A stretch of 64,000 nt of DNA from Neovahlkampfia damariscottae (Eukaryota), in contig JABLTG010000023.1 in assembly GCA_016618085.1 (NCBI GenBank), positions 62,001 through 126,000 on the forward strand. Direction: 5' to 3'. This document shows positions 13,071 to 22,203 of this stretch, in pieces. Under the pieces are notes generated by a model. It worked only from the letters and a program-made list of their open reading frames with translations, made no database searches and had not been told where the DNA came from. The translations under genes were made by a program, and so were the position numbers. Position 1 is the stretch's first letter. Every line of letters begins with the position of its first letter.

Positions 13071-13751
13071 TTATATTGTGACAAAAAAAATGATCAAGAT
13101 CACAAGAGAGATTGAAATTGTCAACTGAGACGAATTTGATGTCAAAGTACTCTTTTGAGAAATGTGACTATTTGAAGGTTGATTGGATTGACAACCTTTT
13201 TCCAAAGCACATACTTGATAGTTTGTTGTGTTCATTAAATCGCCAATGGCATTATATAATTTGATATTGACATATTCTGATTTCGCTGGCATATTTAAAT
13301 TGTAGAATGTAAAATCCACTTTTGAAAAATCATCTTTTTGGTTGAATGAATATGGTTGAACATAGCAACTATATTTCTTTTAATCCTGAACATCTACACC
13401 ATTTCCATATTCAAGAGCTATTTTTTGGTAATTCAATGAATAATTTCCAAGTAATTCATTTTGTTTTGAATACAAACTAATGAGAACTTCATTGAAATTC
13501 TAAATTTTTTGCAGAATTGATGACTTGTAAGGTGATATTATTTGAATTTTTTTGAACTTTTTGAGTTTTAGCAAAGGATTCTGATTTATTATATGGTAAA
13601 TATTTGAAAGGATTCACCATAAATTAATTTTTTTTTGTTTACAAGGAACATCCGGTTTTGATGAATTGTTTATGGGCCAAACCCAACCATTGACATATGC
13701 TATCAAAAGGTAAGCAACAAAAATTGTAGTTTTTGGTGGAGAAACCATCAT
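13071..13751 (-). CDS. Putative secreted/GPI-anchored protein (exon structure unresolved)
   Basis: Signal-like MMVSPPKTTIFVAYLLIAYVNG and a Ser/Thr-rich then hydrophobic C-terminus (ISISLVILIIFFVTI). The middle could not be spliced cleanly. Confidence 0.35.
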
Positions 13752-13888
13752 GATATTTCTGTAATGAAGTTTTTTTATTGGATGATTATTACTGTGTTCA
13801 CCTCAGAAACTACTAAATAGTAAATGAAATATTATCAACAAAATTCATCTCTTTCATCATCTCTTTCAATACTCTTTATTTGGTCGTT

Positions 13889-14588
13889 TCATAATCCAAG
13901 ATTTTTGTTAGAAAATAATTCTAAATTGAATGAGTCATAATCTGATAAATTTTCATGAGCAGGTACTATGCACTTCATTATATTTTCTTCACCAAATTTA
14001 TTTATAGTTGTAGAGGTCAAAATTTTTATATGTTCATCTACTTCAATCGTTTTCAATTTCAAAAAATCAGTTGGGTGATTTTCTTCAAATAAAACTAAAG
14101 CTTCTGGAGGTACTTCACCTTTATTTCTGATGTAGGATTGCATAACTCCAAATTGATTGTTGTGTAAAATTAAATTATCTTCGTATAGTTTTAACTTTGC
14201 CAGAATGGACTGTTTGAATCTGGTGTCTGGGTTTTTAGATGTTAAATATAAATTACATATCAATGATAAAGATGTCATCATGGCAGTTCCAATGACCGGT
14301 TCAAGCATATTATAAAAATGAATTTTATTTTTGAAGTTCACTTGAACAAGTAAACTTTCAATAAAATCTTTCAATTTTTTAACTGTGAATAATAGAGTGG
14401 TAATTTTCCAATTTTGAAAATTGAAAGTTTTTTTTGTCATTGTGGTTTGTGAACTCTGTAACATCAGAAAAATTGAAACCACTGAAAGATGATTGGAAGA
14501 ATAAGTTATTGTTTGGAAAAGTGAAAAATTGACTTTTTAGTTTTATTTTTGCATATGTATCATCCATTGAAATACGATAGGTTTTCAT
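13889..14588 (-). CDS. Hypothetical protein (two overlapping ORFs, junction unresolved)
   Basis: ORFs 14379-14588 and 13889-14482 have coding-like composition; no recognised motif. Confidence 0.3.
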
Positions 14589-14612
14589 TGGACAGTGGTT
14601 TTTTTTTTAAGA

Positions 14613-16172
14613 ATGTTCAGCGGCAAACAAAGAAAACTTATTGGAATTGGAGGAATTCTTTCCATGTTTTTAACTGGTGCTGTTATTGATCACTATTATG
14701 GCGTTCCTTTTGATGACAAAATTTTAATGACCACAACAGATTTAAGACCAAAAGAAAAAAAATTATCAAAAAATGATCCAAATTACAAAAAGGAAAAATA
14801 TGGAGATAAAACAGGTGAATGGATATCAAATCAAAACAATTTATCATTCTTGGAAAATTTTGGAAAACTCAAACAAAGAGTAAAACGAGTTGAAACTGAA
14901 TTGAAACTTCCAATTGATATTGAAGGAAGAAAAAATGAAAATTTGAATTTAAAAGAACGAATGGAAGTTTATAATGTTCCTGGAATCTCTATTTCAGTTA
15001 TTGAAAACTATCAAATTGACTACACAAAAGTTTATGGGGTTTCAAAAGATTCAAAAAAATTAAATTTGAATCATTTGTTTCCTTTAGGTCAATTTGGTCA
15101 TTTTTTATCCTCAATCTTGGCTTTAAGATTGGTTTCACAAAATAAATTGTCTTTAGGGATGTCAATTGGTGATCAATTAAAAATGTCAAATTTAACACAT
15201 GAAAATTTGGAATCAATTTTAACAGGAAAGTCAAAAATTTTTGGACTTGAAGAATCTTTCTTTAGTTCAAATGATAGTATAAACTTGAATTCAATTTTAT
15301 CCAATATCCAAGTGAAAAATGATACCGAAATCGGAAATCACAATTTTTCAATTGGAGCAGAAGTTGTTTTAGAAAAATTGATTTTGAGTGTGGAAAAAGA
15401 AAAATCATTATTTAATGTATTGGATACTAATATCTTTCAAAAATTTGATATCAACAACTTTAAAATTGATCCATTCAAAAAATCAAAAAGAAACATTGCT
15501 TATGGACACCACAAAATGGTTGTTTTAGAACCTTTGAACAATCACATTTCGGTTCTTGGAATGTGGTCAAATACTTCCAATGTAGCAAGAATTTTCTGTG
15601 AACTCATCAAATCAAATAATAAAATGTCTGAAGAATTGTTGAACCAAGATTTTGCTCAAAAATTTTTCACATCAAATTCAAATGTATTTGGATGTAAAAT
15701 TGAAGGTGATAATGAATGTAAAAAGATTTTATTCAAGAATAGAAAGAATGGATACTCTTATTATTTCATTGGATATCCAAACATTGGAAAAGGTGCTATC
15801 TTAATTTCCAACTCAGATACAGGAACTGAGTTGTTAAATGAAGTGGTTAGATCAATATCAAAAGTATATGAATGGCCAGATTTGAAACAAATGAAAAAAA
15901 CTCCGATTGGAAATTTAGATAAAAAAATGTTGACTAAAATTTTGGGTAATTACGAATTGGACAACAATAAAAAATGCAAAATATCATTAAATGATTCCAA
16001 TAGATTATATTTTTCATATGGAAATTTGAATATCAAAGAGCAAATGTTCACTAATGATTACAAAACATTTTTTAATCAAAGTGGTTTAATGTTACATTTT
16101 GATAAAAACCATGAAATTTTTATCGAGTCACCAATGATAGGAACTAAACACGGGAAATTTATTCAAAAATAA
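14613..16172 (+). CDS. Beta-lactamase/serine-hydrolase fold protein lacking catalytic residues, N-terminal membrane anchor
   Basis: RMEVYNVPGISISVI..YGV and GKGAILISNSDTG..LLNEVVRSISKVYEWP match the class C beta-lactamase-like family. The SxxK position reads QFGH. Intronless. Confidence 0.75.
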   Translation: MFSGKQRKLIGIGGILSMFLTGAVIDHYYGVPFDDKILMTTTDLRPKEKKLSKNDPNYKKEKYGDKTGEWISNQNNLSFLENFGKLKQRVKRVETELKLPIDIEGRKNENLNLKERMEVYNVPGISISVIENYQIDYTKVYGVSKDSKKLNLNHLFPLGQFGHFLSSILALRLVSQNKLSLGMSIGDQLKMSNLTHENLESILTGKSKIFGLEESFFSSNDSINLNSILSNIQVKNDTEIGNHNFSIGAEVVLEKLILSVEKEKSLFNVLDTNIFQKFDINNFKIDPFKKSKRNIAYGHHKMVVLEPLNNHISVLGMWSNTSNVARIFCELIKSNNKMSEELLNQDFAQKFFTSNSNVFGCKIEGDNECKKILFKNRKNGYSYYFIGYPNIGKGAILISNSDTGTELLNEVVRSISKVYEWPDLKQMKKTPIGNLDKKMLTKILGNYELDNNKKCKISLNDSNRLYFSYGNLNIKEQMFTNDYKTFFNQSGLMLHFDKNHEIFIESPMIGTKHGKFIQK

Positions 16173-16175
16173 ATT

Positions 16176-17394
16176 TTATTCTCTCTTTTTCCATGAAGGT
16201 TCCACATCTTTGATCATAAAATCTTGTGCTATTTCAACATTCTCAGATCCAAAAGTTCTGCAAAAAAAAGATTATTTTTATGATTCATTGCTTACTCAAT
16301 TGCCTCTAATCTCATTTTTTCAGTATCTTCTATTGTATATCTTGCACTAAAATGTGTCAAAAATAATTTCTTCGCTTTGATTTTTTTTGCAAATGCACCA
16401 GCCATCCCACTTGTTGAATGTTTTTTATACAGCGCATGTTCTTCATGCTCATTCGTAAACGTTGATTCATGAATTAAAACATCGCATTTTTTTGCAATTG
16501 AAGCAATATTTGAAGCATCAAATGTATCTCCTAGGATCACTATCTTCCTACCAGGAGAACTCTCACCAATGACATCCTCAGGTTGAATAACTTTACCATC
16601 AACTTCAATTGCATTGCCAGATGTTAATTCACTTATCAAAGGACCCACTGGAATGTTCAATTTTTGCACTTTTTCCATATCAACTCTTCCTCTCTTCGGT
16701 TTTTCCTCAACAACATATCCAAAACATGTTGTTGAGTGTCTGATCATTTTTGCTTGAATTGAGTATTCATTATTATCAATGATGCGAAAAACACCTTTTG
16801 AGTCTTTTGGTATATCAGAACGATCAAATGCAGACATTTCATAAATTTTAACATGCTTTAAAATTCCAATTGCATCTTTTGTTGTTATTTGAGACCTCAA
16901 AAACGATCTAAAAAAAGTTTATGATTGATATTTTTGAACCTGATTCCTAAAGGTCCATAAACCTCTATTTTTTTTTGTTCACCTTTGTAAAGTCTTTCAT
17001 TCGCCGTAATACCATACAAAACTCCTATAATTCCACCAATCTGAAGAAATATAAATAAAAAAGAATTTATACATGGTCTCCATGAAGATGAGTGATGAAA
17101 ATTTTTTGAATCTACTGAATGAATAATTTTTTTTCTTACATCTCCAATTTTGAATCCTTTTGTTGGATTTGCAACATTAGAGTTTAAAATCATCTGTTTA
17201 TATGTTCCTTCACCACTATCAAAAATAAATGTTTCACCGTGAACTTGTAACCCAACAGCTGAAACATTTCTATCAACTGTAGCTCTTTGTGAAGATGTTC
17301 CTAAAAAGTGAATTCTCATGCCTGTAAAATCATCTTGTGTATAACTTCTTTTCAGCTTGGAAAAAATTTTTGAACATTTTTTGAAACCAAGCAT
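16176..17394 (-). CDS. Short-form RNase Z (ELAC1/bacterial Rnz type) with mitochondrial-like presequence
   Basis: Spliced motifs FLGTSS, FDSGEG, IFITHLHGDH, GP exosite (IPVGP), ILGDT, HESTF, HST, THFSARY. Confidence 0.9.
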
Positions 17395-17439
17395 CAACAA
17401 AAAGTGGTTGATTTATTGGTTTTTTATTGGTTCAATTTT

Positions 17440-18290
17440 ATGAACAATTTTGCAGAGTATTATGAAGATGATGAAACTAAGAACTTAATTTTGAAATCAA
17501 AAATAGAATGTTTTGTTCGAGAGAATGTCATGAAATCATTTCTGCCTTTGGACAAAATTTTGTATAAAAAAATATTTGATATTGTAAATAAAGCCACTTT
17601 GAAGAACAATTTCGAGTAAAAAAAAGTTTTTTTTGATAATATAGTATTTTGTGCAAATTAGAGCATGAATTAGATTTTGGTTTGAACTCAACTTTCACAC
17701 AAATACAATTTTTCGAAAACTACTTAAAATTCATGAAGGTTTACAAATTTGATGACATTTTGATGAGGAATATACCTCAATCAGAAAGTATATTTATTAA
17801 TGACATCTTCAAATGTATTGATTTAAATTCAAATTTTGAAGAATCTAAAGAAAATTTTTCAATTTCTTTGAGTTTCTTGGTTGGATTAGTTTTATTAGAA
17901 ACCCGAATTTTATATGACAAAACATACAAGAAATTAAATGAAGAAGATGGTTTGAACGAGAAATATTTCGAAATCAATGCAAAAGAGTCAGTTTCTTTTG
18001 TTCACACAAAAAAAAATTCCATTTGGAGTTTAAATTCATGTTATGAAATACATTGCTTTTTCATTGAAAAGTTTATTAATTTTTTTGTTCAAAAAATTTA
18101 TTCACAACACTATTTTACGAAATATCAGTCCACAAAAGAAATTAGAAAAAAAATCAAAAACAAAATTTTTGACACACTTAAGAAAAATGAAACAAAGAAG
18201 GAAATCAAAGAAAAAGATGAGAAAATTGTAGAACTCATGAAAAAGTCAAATATTTTACAATCATACTTCAAAAAGTTTGAAAAAATTTGA
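17440..18290 (+). CDS. Hypothetical protein, 2 exons
   Basis: Two consecutive ORFs joined by a gt...ag intron near 17616-17644; no motif recognised. Confidence 0.45.
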
Positions 18291-18602
18291 AGAAAAAAAA
18301 ACAACTTTCGCTTATTTAGATTATTTCTTGGCTACTATTGTTTTTTTTTGGTAATGAAGAACCTACATTATTCAAATGTATTTTATTTTTTTTAAATTTA
18401 AATTTGTTTTTCTATGACTGCGTTATTTGTTTTTGGTTCACTCCTTTTTCTTTTTCAGGAGATTTAGTTTCTCCCATCTAAACCCTCCTCAGTGAAAACT
18501 ATATGTTGAATGGGTGTATTTCATCAACGTAAAATTGGAAACCAACTAGCTTATTTGGGAAAACACATTTCTCTTTTCCATCATAATGGACCAATCTCCT
18601 TC

Positions 18603-18610
18603 TTTGGCGG
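18603..18610. promoter_or_regulatory. E2F-like binding site upstream of the CDK inhibitor gene
   Basis: TTTGGCGG fits the TTTSSCGS consensus and is flanked by CCAAT boxes (~18591, 18624, 18654); such a GC-rich word is rare in this AT-rich window. Confidence 0.45.
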
Positions 18611-18700
18611 ACAGCACCTTCTATTGGTTTAGTCACAACGAATCTATTTTAGACCAATCAAAAGCCTTATCCAAACAAAGCAATTTTCTACAACAGTACT

Positions 18701-18946
18701 ATGGTAAAGGGCGAAAAGAACAAGACGCCTTCAGAACAAACATTTGAAATGCGCTATACAAAAATAACCAAACCAAAGAGTAAAGTTTGTCGGAGATTAT
18801 TTCCAAAATCTGAAACTGGAACAAATCTTGATGACTTGTACAACAGCACCATCGAAAATTTTGAAAAAAAATGGAACTTTGATGTAAAAAATGGAAAACC
18901 TGCAGAAGGTAAATTTGACTGGACACCAGTAGAAAACAAGAATTGA
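18701..18946 (+). CDS. Cip/Kip-type cyclin-dependent kinase inhibitor (CDI domain)
   Basis: VCRRLFP (cyclin-binding RxL motif as in p21 ACRRLFG), followed by FEKKWNFDVKNGKPAEGKFDW (CDK-binding segment as in p27 KWNFDF..PLEGKYEW). Confidence 0.88.
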   Translation: MVKGEKNKTPSEQTFEMRYTKITKPKSKVCRRLFPKSETGTNLDDLYNSTIENFEKKWNFDVKNGKPAEGKFDWTPVENKN

Positions 18947-19017
18947 GGAAACTCAACTCATAAAGCGCAAAAAAGCGAAATGTAAAAATTAAAAATAAAA
19001 CTTAAGAATTATTTAAT

Positions 19018-19542
19018 TTATTTGTATAAATCTTTAATGTTTTGGATGTCTTGAGTTAAGTTAATGATTCTAGCATGTGTTCTGGTTTTTCTTTTGAGAT
19101 TTTCTTGAGGAGGATACAATTCTGTCAAACGAGACAACAGAGGATCTTGAAAAGGGAGAATATGGTTTTCCTTACGCACCTTTCTTTTTAAATCACCTTC
19201 TTTAACTTTTTGAGCAAATTTTAAAACTGGGTCGTCTTTCTTTTCAATCACAAACTCTTTTCTCACTTTTCTTTTTAAATTTTCTTCTTCTGTTTCTTCA
19301 TTTGCTGATTCATCAAAAATTACCAACTTTTTTGCATTCTTTTTTTGGATTTTTAAAGGTTTTGAAACATCTTTGCTTCTTTCTATTATATTGAAATCAC
19401 TTTGGTAATCTACAGTTTTTACAGTTTTTTTTTCTTTTTTCAATGAGGAGGTTGTTGAGGTGTCAAAGTTCTTTGTCTTTTCTTTTGTAATGTGATTTGT
19501 ACAGTTTTCTTTGATTACTGAGTTATTTAAAAGGTCTTCCAT
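19018..19542 (-). CDS. Hypothetical basic protein with three LKRK(V/T)R repeats
   Basis: Likely ATG at 19542, downstream of CCAAT boxes at ~19591-19606; motifs ENLKRKVRK, GDLKRKVRK, ENLKRKTRT. Confidence 0.45.
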   Translation of the reverse strand: MEDLLNNSVIKENCTNHITKEKTKNFDTSTTSSLKKEKKTVKTVDYQSDFNIIERSKDVSKPLKIQKKNAKKLVIFDESANEETEEENLKRKVRKEFVIEKKDDPVLKFAQKVKEGDLKRKVRKENHILPFQDPLLSRLTELYPPQENLKRKTRTHARIINLTQDIQNIKDLYK

Positions 19543-19654
19543 CGGTTTTGTTTTTGAGTTTTGTTTAACGGAACAGTTTTTAAAAAGCGCCAATAAAAAT
19601 GATTGGTTAACGTATTTTTCTGGCCAATCATATATGATTTCTTTATTAGAAAAT

Positions 19655-20884
19655 TTATTTTTGTTCATTTTTCCACTCTTCAACTTTTTTATGAAATAAA
19701 TCTCTTGCTTTTGTCCAAACTTGATCTTGTTCAGATGGATTTTCATTTTTAAAATCAACATTTTTTAAGTGTTTTAAGTGAGCAATCAAATCATTTGAAA
19801 AATCTTCGGAACTTTCTTTTGGAATTAAAGTTGGAAGATGATCAATTGTAACAACATCTAATCCTTCAGCACCTTCAACTTTCAAAGTAGGTTTATCAAA
19901 AGTTGTGTTGTAATCATAAAATGGAAATGGATTATTTGGATTTGTAACATCTAAAAAAAAAAGGTCAACTCTTTTTTTTCCTTACCACAACTAACATCAA
20001 CTAAAACTGATAATTTTCTATCTTTTTCTTGTATCATTTCTTTTGTTAAAAATGGTGGAATTTTTCCCATTAAGTAAATGTCATTGACCAAAACATCAAC
20101 ATCTAATAATTCTCTAAATGGACCTCCTTTTTTTGTTTCTGCTAAATCCCACTTTCAACTTTTTAATTTTTTTTTTTTTTTTTTTTTACTTCAATACAGT
20201 CAAGTCCAGCCATTTTACAAACTTCAACTGAACCTTTTCCACATCTTCCAAGAGCTCCTAAAACTAATATTTTTGGTACTTTTCCAACTTTTTCAATTTG
20301 TTTTTTGATATGATCAATTAATTCTTCTTTTGATTTGTAAGGTGAAAGACCTTCAAATTTTTTTGTTGGTTCAAGTTGTTTTTGACACCAAACAAGTAAT
20401 CCAACAGCCATACCTGCAAATCCAGCAGCTCTTCCAAAAGCAGCAACTCTTCTTCCTTTTGAATCTTGTAAAAATTCTAAATCAAATAAATCGGAGTTTC
20501 CATCAATAAATCTTTTCATTGTTTCTTTCCAGTCTGATTGATGTTTAAAACAATGAGCAAAATAAATATGTGTGTGGTCTAAAGTGTTTGGAATTTCTTT
20601 GTATTCTTCTGAAAGTGGAAGTTCTTTTAAACCAAAAATAATTGCGTCTTTAGGTGCTTTTGGCCATGAATTTGATTCTGCTAAAGAGCATCCAATTTTT
20701 TCAAATTGTTCATCTGAGAAAATTCTAGTTGTGAACATTAATTTTTTTTTTTTCACTTTTACCTTGTTTTACTCTTTTCAACTGTGATTTTATAACCTTC
20801 TTTTAATAAAACAGCAGCTGTTTCAGGTGTTAATGGTGAACGTTGTTCAAAAGGTTTAACTTCGTCTCTCAACCAAATGTGCAT
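19655..20884 (-). CDS. LYS1: Saccharopine dehydrogenase (NAD+, L-lysine forming), 4 exons
   Basis: HIWLRDEVKPFEQRSPLTP, GLKELP, FAHCFKHQ, DLEFL, GRRVAAFG, GALGRCG, GGPF, DVSCDVTNP, IDHLPTLIPKESS. Confidence 0.95.
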
Positions 20885-21048
20885 TTTTAACAAATAAAAT
20901 TGGGTAAATTTTTGAACCAATGAGCTAGTGGTTTTATGCTTCAATTTTGTGAATGAAAACTTTCTAAACATTCTTTTTTCCTCTAAACCTCACAGAATTG
21001 TCCAATAGAAAAATTTTACCAAATAAAAAAAAAACACAAAATTTTTTT

Positions 21049-22143
21049 TTATTTCATATTCATTGAAACTAAAACTTCTTCTAATATAATACCAGCCAAT
21101 GATCTATAAATAACTTGTAAATCTAATTCATCTTTTGATGTCGCAACTTTATGAGTAATTCTTCTTTTTTTATAACCAGCTTTAATAGCAAATAGTTCTC
21201 TTATAGCTTTAAAAGCAGCATGTGATTTTTCTTTTTTTGGAGTTTCAAAATCTTTGAAACTTTTACAAACACTTAATTCAACGTCTTCAATTTTTTGTTT
21301 GAATTCATCTCTATTTGTGTATAGTATCAATATACCTTTCTTTCTATTTGCTGAGTGTTTACATATCTGATGAACTGTATTCAAAGCATCTGTCAAAGCA
21401 TCAATATCCTGATTTGTTTTTGAAGGTAAATCGTAACCAGTCAATGAAACTACAAACATAATCATTTTACCTTCATCATATAAAGTATCCAAAAGATTTC
21501 TTGATGTATCATTGTACAAAGTCACAATTTCAACATGATTTCCGTGTGAATCAAAACGAACAGGAAAGTTGCCCAAAGAAAACTCCGTGTTCATAATATC
21601 AAGTAATTCTGGTTTATAATTTGAATCAAAAATAGTCTGAATGTTTTTTAAAAAACTTGTGAAAAAAAATTAAAAAATATTTTTTTGTGAAAACTATTTA
21701 GCGAAGTGGTGAGTTTCAATTTGACCTAAACGTTGAATTACTTTCACCATAGAATCATCCTCAACTATAGAAGACAGACGTACAAAATCTTGCATTTTTA
21801 ATTCTTTAGTGGCATGAAAATCATCTTTGTATTTTTGAATGGAAGCTATTGAGTTTTTGTATTTTGAGTCTATCTCGTATTCAAATTTTTTGGTTGCTTC
21901 AACTAGATCATGAAGTATATTTATAAGTTGATATTGAACATATGGTATAGCTATTTCTTCAAGTCTACTTCTTGAGTCACCTCCAATAGCAAAAGCAAAT
22001 TGTTTTAGAACTCTGTCTTTCTCTGAAGGATCAGCACCAACACAGATAACATTGAATGTTTCCCTCTCTTCATGAAAGAAGCTCATACCTCTTTCCAAAG
22101 TTTTCTTTATTTCTCCTTGTCCTTCTTTTGAGAAAATGCTCAT
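21049..22143 (-). CDS. Highly divergent heterotrimeric G-protein alpha-like protein, 2 exons
   Basis: G-alpha layout: VICVGADPSEKDRVLKQF, AKYFLKNIQTIFDSNYKPELLDI, IMFVVSLTGYD, ILILYTNRD. The apparent TAG at 21694 is split by the intron donor (TA|gt). Confidence 0.75.
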
Positions 22144-22203
22144 GGAAGAGAAAAAGTGTTGGTGTTTGTTTATTGGTTAAAAAAAATCCACCAATAGTTT
22201 AAA

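Noticed and set aside
14613..16172. Antibiotic-resistance beta-lactamase or bacterial contamination
   Set aside because: Catalytic residues are absent, and the gene is tightly embedded among intron-containing eukaryotic genes with matching composition.
19543..19761. Apparent overlap of the 247-aa ORF with the LYS1 3' end
   Set aside because: The extension starts at a non-ATG codon; the plausible start is ATG 19542, downstream of CCAAT boxes.
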